From Candidatus Hydrogenedentales bacterium (GTDB lineage: Bacteria; Hydrogenedentota; Hydrogenedentia; Hydrogenedentales; GCA-2746185), in NCBI GenBank assembly GCA_038916785.1, contig JBCLBO010000001.1:1676-65675 (forward strand): a stretch of DNA of 64,000 nt, read 5' to 3'. The notes below the pieces were generated by a model. That model had not been told where the DNA came from. It ran no database searches and worked only from the letters and a program-made list of their open reading frames with translations. Positions 1 to 9,000 of the stretch are shown piece by piece. Made by a program: the position numbers and the translations under genes. Position 1 is the first letter of the stretch. Each line of letters begins with the position of its first letter.

Positions 1-11
1 ATGGCCGGATT

Positions 12-629
12 GTGCCGGCGCTGATGGCCTTTGGCATCGCGTCGCTTGGGATGTTGATCGGTGTGATCGCGACGATTTGCGCGTTGGTGATGTTTGTGCG
101 CGGCGGCGCGAACCTGCGCAGCGGCATGGCGCTGCTCGGCCTGCCTGGCGCGCTGGTGCTGGTGTACAGCATGGTGGGCGGGCGTGGCGCGCCGCCGATC
201 AACGACATCACGACGGACCGCGCGTATCCGCCGGCGTTTACGAAGGCGCAGGCGCTACCGGAGAACGCGGGGCGCGACCTGGGCTACCCCGAGGCGTTCA
301 AGGCGCAGGTGGAGAAGGCGTACCCGGACCTGCAGTCGCTGGGGATGAAGGCCAAGCGCGACGACGTGTTTGCCAAGGCGCTCGCGCTGGCGAAGGCGCA
401 ACCCGGATGGACGGTGACCACCAGCACGGTGACCGATAAGGAGTCGAGCATCGAGGGCTTCGCGGTCACGAAAATCTTTGGGTTCGTGGACGATTTCGTG
501 GTCCGTATCACCGACGCCGGCGAGGGTGGAGTGGCGGTGGATATGCGATCGAAGTCGCGCGACGGCAAGGGCGATCTCGGCGCGAATGCGGCGCGCATCC
601 GCGAGTTTCTGGAGAAGTTGCAGGCGTGA
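12..629 (+). CDS. DUF1499-family membrane-anchored protein (may be 5'-truncated by the window edge)
   Basis: 205-aa ORF with N-terminal hydrophobic helices. The C-terminal block FGFVDDFVVRI...VDMRSKSRDGKGDLGANAARIREFL matches my memory of the DUF1499 signature. The start at 12 is GTG, and there is no in-frame stop upstream within the window. Confidence 0.65.
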   Translation: MPALMAFGIASLGMLIGVIATICALVMFVRGGANLRSGMALLGLPGALVLVYSMVGGRGAPPINDITTDRAYPPAFTKAQALPENAGRDLGYPEAFKAQVEKAYPDLQSLGMKAKRDDVFAKALALAKAQPGWTVTTSTVTDKESSIEGFAVTKIFGFVDDFVVRITDAGEGGVAVDMRSKSRDGKGDLGANAARIREFLEKLQA

Positions 630-744
630 TTTCGTGATTTTTTGCCTCGGTCGGGCGAATCGCGTATGCTTCCGCGCCGAATGAGCCAGTGACGAACCCA
701 AGCCCCATCGCGTTTTTTCATTCGCGATGACGAAGGAGTGCGAC

Positions 745-1509
745 ATGATTTCCCGCAGTTTCCGGATTCTTCTGAGTTTGTTTCTGGCCGTCGCCGCGCC
801 GTGCGCGCTCGCGCAGGAGGCTGAGAAGCCCAAGGCCGATTCCGGCATGGACGACAAACAGAAGACGAGCTACGCGGTGGGTGCGCAGTTTGGCAAGGCG
901 ATTGCCGACGGCGCCGCCTTGATCGATGTGGATGCGATGACCGCCGGGATCAAGGACGCGATGGAAAAGAAGGACCTCAAGCTGACGGACGAGGAGATTG
1001 GGCCGCTGCTCCAAGCGTTGCAGAAACAGATGATGGAGAGCCGCTTCGGCGCGAACAAGAAGGAAGGCGAGGATTTCCTCGCGGCGAACGCGACGAAGGA
1101 AGGCGTGAAGACGCTGCCGAGCGGATTGCAGTACAAGGTGATCATCGAGGGCGCGGGCCGCGTGCCGACCGCGAATGACACCGTCGAGACGCACTACCGC
1201 GGTACGTTTCTCGATGGCAAAGAGTTCGACAGCTCCTACAAGCGCAACCAGCCCGCGCAGTTCCCCGTGACCAAAGTGATCGCCGGATGGACTGAAGCGT
1301 TGCAACTGATGAAAGAGGGATCGAAGTGGGAGCTGTATGTGCCGTATGCGCTGGCGTATGGCGAAGAGGGCCGGCCGTCGCAGATCCCGCCGTTCTCCAT
1401 GCTCACGTTCCAGGTCGAGCTGCTGAAAGTCGTCGATGCTGCGCCTGCGGGGCAGTCGGTCACGATTAAGCCGCCGGTCGCGCAGCCGAAGCCTGCCGCG
1501 CCGAAGTAA
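745..1509 (+). CDS. FKBP-type peptidyl-prolyl cis-trans isomerase (FkpA/Mip-like, secreted)
   Basis: Signal peptide MISRSFRILLSLFLAVAAPCALA. FKBP core reads GLQYKVIIEGAG...HYRGTFLDGKEFDSSY...VIAGWTEALQLMKEGSKWELYVPYALAYGE. ATG at 745 is preceded by GAAGGAG 7 nt upstream; the ORF track starts at 727. Confidence 0.9.
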   Translation: MISRSFRILLSLFLAVAAPCALAQEAEKPKADSGMDDKQKTSYAVGAQFGKAIADGAALIDVDAMTAGIKDAMEKKDLKLTDEEIGPLLQALQKQMMESRFGANKKEGEDFLAANATKEGVKTLPSGLQYKVIIEGAGRVPTANDTVETHYRGTFLDGKEFDSSYKRNQPAQFPVTKVIAGWTEALQLMKEGSKWELYVPYALAYGEEGRPSQIPPFSMLTFQVELLKVVDAAPAGQSVTIKPPVAQPKPAAPK

Positions 1510-1512
1510 GCC

Positions 1513-2619
1513 TCAGAGCAGTTTCAGGAATTTGTGGTTGGCCTTGGGAAAGGCCAGCGCCGCAAAATCTTTCGGGGCGACCCAGCGCAGTTCCGTGTGG
1601 GCGCGCGGCGTGGCCTTGCCTGAGCGGTGTTCGCAGCGGTAGACATGCAGCGACACGCGAAAATGCGAGTACGCGTGCTCGACCGTTGCGACGTGATCGC
1701 CGATCGTCACGCGGATGCCGAGCTCTTCGCGCAGTTCGCGGCGCAGCGCGGCCGGGTGCGTCTCGCCGGGTTTCACTTTGCCGCCGGGAAACTCCCAGAG
1801 CCCGCCGAGCAGTCCGCCCTGCGGGCGCTTCCCGAGTAGATAGCGGCCGTTCTTCTTGACGGCGGCGATGACGACTTCGTGATGCGGCACGGCGGGCTTG
1901 GGCCGGCGGACCGGCCGGGACCCGACGGTGCCTGCGGCGTGCGCGCGGCAGAAAGTCTGCACGGGGCAGACGAGACAGCGCGGCGCGCGCGGCGTGCATA
2001 TCTGCGCGCCGAGTTCCATCATGCCCTGGTTAAAGTCGCCGGGCGATGCGCCGCGAACGAGCGTGTCCATGAGGTCCCAGAGGCGCTGCACGACTTTGGG
2101 GTTGTCGATCGACTCGTCGAGATCGATGAGCCGCGCGAGTACGCGCTTGACGTTGCCGTCCAGCACCGGCGCGGCCTCGCCGAAGGCGATGCTCGCGATC
2201 GCGCCGGCGGTGTAGCGGCCGACGCCGGGCATGTCGAGCCACTCCGCGGCGGAGGCCGGCATGCGTCCCGCGCGATCGTGGACGATGCGGCGCGCGGCGG
2301 CATGCAGATGCCGCGCGCGGGCGTAGTAGCCCAGGCCTTCCCAGAGCTTGAGGACTTCGTCGAGATCGGCGGCGGCGAGCGCGCGGACGTCCGGGAAACG
2401 GTGCAACAATCGCTCTATATAGGGAGTGCCTTGGTCGACGCGCGTCTGCTGGAGGGCGATCTCGGCGATCCAGATCGCGTAGGGGTCCTTCGTGCCGCGC
2501 CAGGACACTGGGCGCGCCGCGCGGCGGAACCACTGGATGATCGCGCGGCGAAAGGCGGTGCGGTGCGCCGTCGATTGGATGTCAGCCGCGGACGGCTTCG
2601 CGCGTTTCTTGCGGGTCAC
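1513..2619 (-). CDS. mutY: A/G-specific adenine DNA glycosylase MutY
   Basis: HhH-GPD region (WEGLGYYARARHLH) and 4Fe-4S loop C-x6-C-x2-C-x5-C (CTPRAPRCLVCPVQTFC). C-terminal NUDIX-like domain (GGLWEFPGGKVKPGE). Confidence 0.92.
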   Translation of the reverse strand: MTRKKRAKPSAADIQSTAHRTAFRRAIIQWFRRAARPVSWRGTKDPYAIWIAEIALQQTRVDQGTPYIERLLHRFPDVRALAAADLDEVLKLWEGLGYYARARHLHAAARRIVHDRAGRMPASAAEWLDMPGVGRYTAGAIASIAFGEAAPVLDGNVKRVLARLIDLDESIDNPKVVQRLWDLMDTLVRGASPGDFNQGMMELGAQICTPRAPRCLVCPVQTFCRAHAAGTVGSRPVRRPKPAVPHHEVVIAAVKKNGRYLLGKRPQGGLLGGLWEFPGGKVKPGETHPAALRRELREELGIRVTIGDHVATVEHAYSHFRVSLHVYRCEHRSGKATPRAHTELRWVAPKDFAALAFPKANHKFLKLL

Positions 2620-4658
2620 TGCACCTGGACCTGAAACGCGCCGGAGGCGCCTTCTTTTTTCGGGCCTTTTATGGTCAGTGTTACCACGTAGTCGCCCGGC
2701 TTTTTGAACGTGTGCGCGGCGAGGGGCGCGCTCGACTTGGCGCCGTCGCCGAAGTCCCAGTGGACGGACTCTAGGGCGAGCGTGGGACGATAGGAGACGG
2801 AGTATCCTGCTATGTAGGGCGGCGCGAAGGAGACGGGGAGGCGCCCGACGGGGCTGCGGAGGACGTCGTTGACGTCGAAATTGACCACTTCTCCGGCGCG
2901 CAGGGTGAGATTGCGTAGCGGCGGGAGGACATCGACTGGTGCGTTGCCGACTAGGACATCGGCCACGGCGGTCATGGTGTCGCCGAGGCGTTTTGTGCTG
3001 CCGTAGGTGATGAGGACTGCGTCCGCCTCGTCGAGCGCGGAGATGTCCCTGGGGTATCCGAGGACGACGGCGACGATGCGCTTGCCGAGCCGCCGGAACG
3101 CGCGGATGAGCTTCTGCTGGCTGGAGGTTTCGAGGTCGCCGGAGATCACGCAGACGACGGTGCGATAGCTATCAGTCAATTTCACGATGCGATTGAGTTC
3201 AAAGTCCTCGATGCGCGGGGCCTGGCGCGCGTTGGGCATGGAGCGCTGGGCGATGGGTTTGATGTATTCCTCGAGGGCGATCTTGAGTTCTTCGGCCCCA
3301 TATACGGCGACGACGGCGATCGGCTGGGAGAGGTCCTTGCTCAGCGGCAATACATTCGAGTTGTTGCGGACGAGGGTGATCGCGCGCCGCTCGATCGCGA
3401 GGGGCTCGGTCAGTTTTTCCTGTTTCTTCCCGAATTTTTTCGCCGCGCCGGCCACGTCCTTGTCTTTCTGTGGCTCGGGCAGGGCTTTTTTATACTCGCG
3501 GACGCGCGTGAGCGCGCGCTCGATGAGCGCGTCGTCGAGCGCCCCCTTCTGGACGCCATTGACCACCGCCGCGATCGCCTTGGTGACGCCGGGCCCCGGC
3601 GTGCTCCAATAGAACATGTCGGCGCCGGCGAGGAGCGCCTCGACGACGGCCTCCTCGGGTTTGCCGAGCGCTTTGATTTCCGGGGCGTCCATTGGGCCGG
3701 CGATCACGAGGCCGTCGTAGCCGAGGACCTCGCCGCGCAGGTCGCTGATCACGATGGGAGAGAAACAGGCGGGCGTCGCGCCGTCGATCGTGGGGACGAG
3801 GGCGACGCCGACATTGAGCAGGCGCGTCCCGGCATTGACGACGCCGACGTAGGGCGCGAGGTCTCGGTTGCGCAGTTGGCTGCGCGGCGTGAGCAGAATG
3901 GCTGGACGGCCCGCGCCGCCGGGATAGCCGATGGGCATCCAGGCGAGGCCGCGCGACTTGAGGGCCTCGTCGAACTGCCGCGCGAGACCCGCGCAGACCT
4001 GCGGGTCTTCGCCGAAGGTGTTGAGCGGATTGCCTCCGTCGAGTCCAGCGGTACCCGAAAGCGCGAGCGAGGGGCCCAGATGAAAGTCAAAGCCCATCGA
4101 ATGCAGGTTGTCGGCCATCACTCCGAAGGCGCCCGCGGTGGCATCGGAGGGCCCGGCCGCGGCCAGGCTGAGCATCATCGGCACGCGCAATACCGTGCTG
4201 ACGCGCGCGTCGCCGGCAAACTTTTCCTGGGCGAAGAGATCGACTCCGATGATGAATGGGAGACCTTCGTGCGCCGCGCCGGAGAGCGGGCGCAGGGACC
4301 GGACATAGGCCGCGGTGGATTCGGCCGTGGTGACGCGCGGCAGCACGATGGCGCCGGGCGTCAGCGTCGCGAGCAACTGACGGTCCGCCGCGGCGGGCCC
4401 GTTCACGCCTTCGAGCGTGACCATCATGAGCTGCGAGACGCGCTTGAAAAGTATCGTCATCGGATCGGGCTGGGGCGGAGGCGGGGCGGCTTGTTCCGCG
4501 GCCTCGTCCGGCGCTGGCGGGCGCGGCGCGGCGCGCGCGGGATCGACGACGTCGCGCAGGCCCGGCGCGGGGGCTTGCTGCGCCCACGCGGACGCGGGGA
4601 ACAGCGCTGCTAGTGGAACGGAGGCGACGAGGATGCAACGTGAGACGGTCGATCGCAC
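2616..4658 (-). CDS. Secreted glycoside-hydrolase-family-3-like protein with C-terminal PKD domain
   Basis: Signal peptide (ASAWAQQ). Long collinear resemblance to the NagZ/GH3 N-terminal domain. C-terminal PKD signature WDFGDGAKSSAPLAAHTFKKPGDYVVTLTI. The 3' end overlaps the mutY start by 4 nt. Confidence 0.7.
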   Translation of the reverse strand: MRSTVSRCILVASVPLAALFPASAWAQQAPAPGLRDVVDPARAAPRPPAPDEAAEQAAPPPPQPDPMTILFKRVSQLMMVTLEGVNGPAAADRQLLATLTPGAIVLPRVTTAESTAAYVRSLRPLSGAAHEGLPFIIGVDLFAQEKFAGDARVSTVLRVPMMLSLAAAGPSDATAGAFGVMADNLHSMGFDFHLGPSLALSGTAGLDGGNPLNTFGEDPQVCAGLARQFDEALKSRGLAWMPIGYPGGAGRPAILLTPRSQLRNRDLAPYVGVVNAGTRLLNVGVALVPTIDGATPACFSPIVISDLRGEVLGYDGLVIAGPMDAPEIKALGKPEEAVVEALLAGADMFYWSTPGPGVTKAIAAVVNGVQKGALDDALIERALTRVREYKKALPEPQKDKDVAGAAKKFGKKQEKLTEPLAIERRAITLVRNNSNVLPLSKDLSQPIAVVAVYGAEELKIALEEYIKPIAQRSMPNARQAPRIEDFELNRIVKLTDSYRTVVCVISGDLETSSQQKLIRAFRRLGKRIVAVVLGYPRDISALDEADAVLITYGSTKRLGDTMTAVADVLVGNAPVDVLPPLRNLTLRAGEVVNFDVNDVLRSPVGRLPVSFAPPYIAGYSVSYRPTLALESVHWDFGDGAKSSAPLAAHTFKKPGDYVVTLTIKGPKKEGASGAFQVQVQ

Positions 4659-4867
4659 AGTCTTTAACTCCGCGTGATCGCCGATTGTAACACCTAACCA
4701 CGCGGGTCGGCGAACATGGAATGGTGTTGTGAGACGGACGGCTTGGTTTTGAACGGTTCATATGTGTCCTGATAGGATTTCCGGCAGTCAGCGCGAGTTC
4801 CGGCGCGGCCCGTGGTCGATTCGTTCCCCGTTTCCGGCCGGCGGCGCCATTACCGAGTGGAGCACTC

Positions 4868-5710
4868 ATGTCCAGCCAGGATTTACGATTCAGCGGTACG
4901 GAGAAGTATTACCTCGACCCGGAATTGGGCGCGATTGTGAACATCGCGTTGCAGATGGAGAAGCCGCTGCTGCTGACGGGCGAGGCGGGCACGGGCAAGA
5001 CGCAACTGGCGATTCAGGTGTCGAAGTCGCTGGGGATGCCGATCGAGATTTTGCGGTGCAAATCGACGATCAAGGGCGAGGAGGCGTGCTACACGCAGGA
5101 CACCGTGCTGCGCTTGAACGATGCGCGCTTTGGTTCGGGGGAGACCGGCCGGCAGGTGCAGAGTTTTTACGACTACGTCGTGTGGGGCCCGATCGGACGG
5201 GCGTTTCGCGCGGACGTCAAATGTGTGTTGTTGCTGGACGAAATCGACAAGACCGAGTCCGATGTGCAAGACAACATGCTGGATATTCTTGAGGACTTCG
5301 AGTTCACCATCCGCGAAGTGAACACGATTGTCAAGGCGACGAACATCCCGTTCATTGCGATCACGTCGAACGCGAAACGCGAGCTTTCCGATCCTTTCCT
5401 GCGCCGGTGCTATTGCCACCATATCGCGTTTCCGTCGCCGGACCAGATGCGGGAGATCATCCGGCTGCACTATCCGCAGACGAGCGGCAAGCTGATGGAA
5501 GCGGCCGTGAAGATTTTCTACGACCTGCGGCAGCGCGGCTTCGAGAAGCCTCCGGCGACGAGCGAGTTGCTGAACTGGATCGGCGCGCTGGAGAACATCG
5601 GCGTGATTCCGGAGCCGAAGAACCCGCCGCTGGTCGGCGTGCTGCTCAAGCGCGCGAGCGACATTCAGGCGTATCGCGGCGATGGCGAAGGGCCGAAGAG
5701 GTTCGCGTGA
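4868..5710 (+). CDS. MoxR-like AAA+ ATPase (AAA_5 type)
   Basis: Walker A LLLTGEAGTGKTQLA and Walker B VLLLDEIDK. Size and layout are typical of MoxR/CoxD-like ATPases. Confidence 0.85.
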   Translation: MSSQDLRFSGTEKYYLDPELGAIVNIALQMEKPLLLTGEAGTGKTQLAIQVSKSLGMPIEILRCKSTIKGEEACYTQDTVLRLNDARFGSGETGRQVQSFYDYVVWGPIGRAFRADVKCVLLLDEIDKTESDVQDNMLDILEDFEFTIREVNTIVKATNIPFIAITSNAKRELSDPFLRRCYCHHIAFPSPDQMREIIRLHYPQTSGKLMEAAVKIFYDLRQRGFEKPPATSELLNWIGALENIGVIPEPKNPPLVGVLLKRASDIQAYRGDGEGPKRFA

Positions 5711-6957
5711 TGCGGGCGGCGGAGGACACGAAAGAGGGCTACAACGCGCTGTTCGTGGACTTCTTTTACCTTGCGCGTGAGTACGGCGTGCCGGTGAACA
5801 CGAAGGACCTGCTGGAGCTGAACCGCGGGCTCGAGAAGGATCTCGTGCATACGCTCGACGACTTGTTCGTGCTGATGCGGCTGTGCTTTGTGCGGCGCGT
5901 CGAGCACATGGACCCCTACGAGCGGGCGTTTGCGAGCTATTTCTACGGCATCGAAATCCCGGCGGTGGAGGAGGGCGACCTCTCGCTGCTGCGGACGAAG
6001 GAATTCCGCGAGTGGCTCAATCGCGCGATCGAGAGCGGCGAATTGCCCGCGCGCGCGAAGTGGGACATGACGCCGGAAGAACTAATGAAGAAGTTCTGGG
6101 AGCGCCTGAAGGAGCAGACCAAGGAGCACCACGGCGGCAGCAAGTGGGTGGGCACGCAGGGGAACTCGCCGTTTGGGCATTCGGGGAACGCGGAGAACGG
6201 CGTGCGCGTGGGCGGGAAGCCGGGGGGCGGATCGGCGCTGAAGGTGATCGGCGACCGGCGCTATATTTCGTATGCCAATTCGACGAAGCTGCGCAACGAG
6301 AACTTGCGTCAGGCGCTGGAGTCGATGAAGCACTTGAAGAAGGCCGGCGCGGAGGTGAACCTGGATCTCGACGAGACGATCCGGCGGACGTGCAAGAACG
6401 GCGGCGAGATTGATCTGGTGTTCTCGCGCGAATTGCGCGACCGGATGAAACTGATGCTGCTGATCGACAACGGCGGCTACTCGATGACGCCGTATGTGAA
6501 TCTGACGCGGCTGTTGTTTGCGAAGATGCACGACCGCTTCGAGGACGTGAAGACCTACTATTTCCATAACACGATTTACGAGAAAGTCTGGGTGGATCAG
6601 CGGCGGATCCGCGGGATCAACGTGGAAAAGCTCTTGCAGGAGCGGCCGGACACCCGCATCGTGATCGTCGGCGATGCGACGATGGCGCCGGAGGAGTTGG
6701 TGTCGCCCTTTGGGTCGATCACCGGGTTCGATTTGCAGGACGCGCGCGCATCGATCTATTGGATGGAGCGCATCGCGGATCGGTTCAAGCACACGGTGTG
6801 GCTCAACCCCATTCCGCGCGAGCGCTGGGGCGGGAACTACGGCGCGTTTACGCTCAAAAAACTCCGCGAAGTCTTTCACATGGAAGACATGACGCTCGGC
6901 GGCGTGAAGGGCATGGTCCATAAGCTGAGCGACCGGACCGGCCGCGACGAGAACTAA
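5710..6957 (+). CDS. VWA-domain protein, CoxE-like partner of the MoxR ATPase
   Basis: ATG at 5710 overlaps the upstream stop (ATGA). C-terminal VWA-like block KLMLLIDNGGYSMTPY...RIVIVGDATMAP. The part of the ORF track upstream of 5710 (from 5407) lies inside the MoxR gene. Confidence 0.75.
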   Translation: MRAAEDTKEGYNALFVDFFYLAREYGVPVNTKDLLELNRGLEKDLVHTLDDLFVLMRLCFVRRVEHMDPYERAFASYFYGIEIPAVEEGDLSLLRTKEFREWLNRAIESGELPARAKWDMTPEELMKKFWERLKEQTKEHHGGSKWVGTQGNSPFGHSGNAENGVRVGGKPGGGSALKVIGDRRYISYANSTKLRNENLRQALESMKHLKKAGAEVNLDLDETIRRTCKNGGEIDLVFSRELRDRMKLMLLIDNGGYSMTPYVNLTRLLFAKMHDRFEDVKTYYFHNTIYEKVWVDQRRIRGINVEKLLQERPDTRIVIVGDATMAPEELVSPFGSITGFDLQDARASIYWMERIADRFKHTVWLNPIPRERWGGNYGAFTLKKLREVFHMEDMTLGGVKGMVHKLSDRTGRDEN

Positions 6958-6968
6958 GCGCTTCTAAA

Positions 6969-7030
6969 AATACCCGACGCCGGCCGCCATGAACCCGCAT
7001 GGGCGAGCCGCCCATGCTACGATCGTTTGG
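6969..7030. repeat. REP family A, extended 62-bp copy (core GCATGGGCG[A/G]GCCGCCCATGCTAC)
   Basis: A nearly identical 62-bp copy lies at 20642-20703 in the same orientation. Core-only copies in the opposite orientation lie at 45042-45065 and 46808-46831. Confidence 0.85.
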
Positions 7031-7057
7031 ATTTGTTACAGAGCTTAAGAAAGCGCG

Positions 7058-7100
7058 TCCGCCACGGTAGGGCGGTCATGACCCGCCCTACCGTGGCGGA
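7058..7100. repeat. REP family C palindrome (GGTAGGGCGGTCATGACCCGCCCTACC core)
   Basis: 43-bp near-perfect palindrome TCCGCCACGGTAGGGCGGTCATGACCCGCCCTACCGTGGCGGA. A second core copy lies at 40936-40963. Confidence 0.8.
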
Positions 7101-7385
7101 AGCGTTTCATTTCTACAAACTCCGGCGATGGCCGGTGGTTACTCGGAATGACAATTCGCGCGAGGTTCCCGGCGGGAATTGGAGATGTCTCGGCATTGGC
7201 GAAGGCAATTTGGATCCCGCCCGCTTTTGGACTTCGGTCGATTCGCCCGGCTAGCATGGCGCTTCGAGCGGGGCTGATCTCGACTCTAATCCTCCTGAAT
7301 CGCCTGAAATGAAACATTCTTCGGGTGACACGGGTTATACGACGGTATTCAAGTCCCGCTGCGCGCGGGCGGAAGCGCACGTCCC

Positions 7386-8819
7386 ATGAAGCAGTTCGAC
7401 GACGAGATTATTTCCGGCGGGACCTTCCGTTCGATTTGGAAAGTCGCGTGGCCGGTGATCGTGACGCAGCTTGTCGCTAACGTGCACGGCATCATCGACC
7501 AGGTGCTGGTCGGGCACAAGGATGGATTCGAGGGGCAGGCGGCGATCGGCGTCTCATGGCAACTGTTCCTGGTTGTGGTCGTCTTTCTATCGTCGCTGTT
7601 CCAGGGGATGAACATCCTGGTGGCGCAGTACGTGGGGCGCAAGGACTCCGCCGCGGTCAACCGAATCGCGTACCATACCTTTCTCGCGTGTGCGTATCTG
7701 TTGATCTTTATCGTCGCGCCCGCCGGTTATTTGCTCACGCCCCAGTTGCTGACGCTGGTCGATGTGTCCGAGGGCGTCCGGGTACACGCGCAGCCGTATC
7801 TGCGCGTATTATTTGTCATCAATGCTCCTTTGTTTTTTATGTTCTTGTTGGGCGGGGTGCTGCAGTCGAGTGGAAACATCAAGATCCCGCTCGTCCTCGG
7901 GCTTGCCACGGCGGTGACGCATGTCGCGCTCAGCTACGTGTTGATCAATGGCGTTGGCCCATTTCCGGAATTGGGCACGGTCGGCGCGGCGGTGGGTACG
8001 GTTCTGGGGCCGCTTCCCGCCGTCTGCGTGGGCGCGTGGCTTATTCTAAGCGGACGCACCTTCGTCGGCCCGCCGGATCGATACACGCTCATTCCCGATT
8101 GGACGATACTGCGGCGGAGCGCGGCCATCGGGATTCCGACGGGTATACAGGCCGTGCTGCTGAACGTGGGCGGCGCGGCGCTGATTTATTTTATCAACCA
8201 GTTGCCGGAGAGTGCGGCGGCGCTCGCGGCGTATAGCGTGTGCTACACGCAACTCTTCGCGATTGTGACCTTCGCAGGATTCGGTCTGCGCGCGGCGTGT
8301 GCGACGGTGATCGGGCAGAACATCGGCGCGGGGAAGCTGGCGCGCGGCGAGCGCGCCGTGTATCTGGGGGCGGGTATCGGGCTGGCGTGGGCGACGCTCT
8401 TCGGTGTGATTTTCTGGACACTGCCCGGGCCCTTGCTTTCGATGTTCGCGCTGAACGACAACCCGATGGTGGGCGAGGTCTCGCGCAGCTTACTTCAGTT
8501 CCTCACGTTCTCGAGCGTGTTTGTCGTGGTCATGCTCGCGTTTACCGGTGGCTTGCAGGGCGCGGGCGACACGCGCAATCCGATGTACATCGCGTTTGTG
8601 ACGCAGATTCTGATTCTGCTCGGGTTCTGCCTCGCGTTCCAGATGGCGGGCCGCCTGACGGCGCAGGTCATCTGGACGGCGATATTGATTAGCCACGGCA
8701 CGCGGCTGGTCTTGACGTACGCAGTCTTCAGCCGCGGCGGCTGGCGCAAAATCAAGGTTACGCTGGATTCGCCGCCGGTGGCACAAGGGGCGCCGCCGAT
8801 CGAAACGGTCGAACCCTAG
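7386..8819 (+). CDS. MATE family efflux transporter
   Basis: 477 aa with about 12 predicted TM helices. The N-terminus (WKVAWPVIVTQLVANVHGIIDQVLVGH) and overall pattern are typical of NorM/MatE proteins. Confidence 0.85.
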   Translation: MKQFDDEIISGGTFRSIWKVAWPVIVTQLVANVHGIIDQVLVGHKDGFEGQAAIGVSWQLFLVVVVFLSSLFQGMNILVAQYVGRKDSAAVNRIAYHTFLACAYLLIFIVAPAGYLLTPQLLTLVDVSEGVRVHAQPYLRVLFVINAPLFFMFLLGGVLQSSGNIKIPLVLGLATAVTHVALSYVLINGVGPFPELGTVGAAVGTVLGPLPAVCVGAWLILSGRTFVGPPDRYTLIPDWTILRRSAAIGIPTGIQAVLLNVGGAALIYFINQLPESAAALAAYSVCYTQLFAIVTFAGFGLRAACATVIGQNIGAGKLARGERAVYLGAGIGLAWATLFGVIFWTLPGPLLSMFALNDNPMVGEVSRSLLQFLTFSSVFVVVMLAFTGGLQGAGDTRNPMYIAFVTQILILLGFCLAFQMAGRLTAQVIWTAILISHGTRLVLTYAVFSRGGWRKIKVTLDSPPVAQGAPPIETVEP

Positions 8820-8877
8820 TCCCCCGGCAGGCCCGGTCGTCGACCCGGCTCCGCGCGCGCGTAGCCATGTCGGGTGC

Positions 8878-8976
8878 GTAGCATCGGCCTCTGGCCGATG
8901 GAGAATTTTCCGACAGCGCTGGCTTCTTGTGTGGAATCTCTTGGCTCATTCTTCATCGGCCGGAGGCCGATGCTAC
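8878..8976. repeat. REP family B doublet (REPIN-like): GTAGCATCGGCCTCTGGCCGATG ... CATCGGCCGGAGGCCGATGCTAC
   Basis: Two inverted GTAG-headed hairpins lie about 53 nt apart between the convergent MATE and gyrA genes. Related copies are at 47416-47439 and 43995-44025. The 33-bp stretch GGCTCATTCTTCATCGGCCGGAGGCCGA is shared with 43995-44025. Confidence 0.8.
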
Positions 8977-9000
8977 GACTGGGGCCGATGCCGCGGCGCG

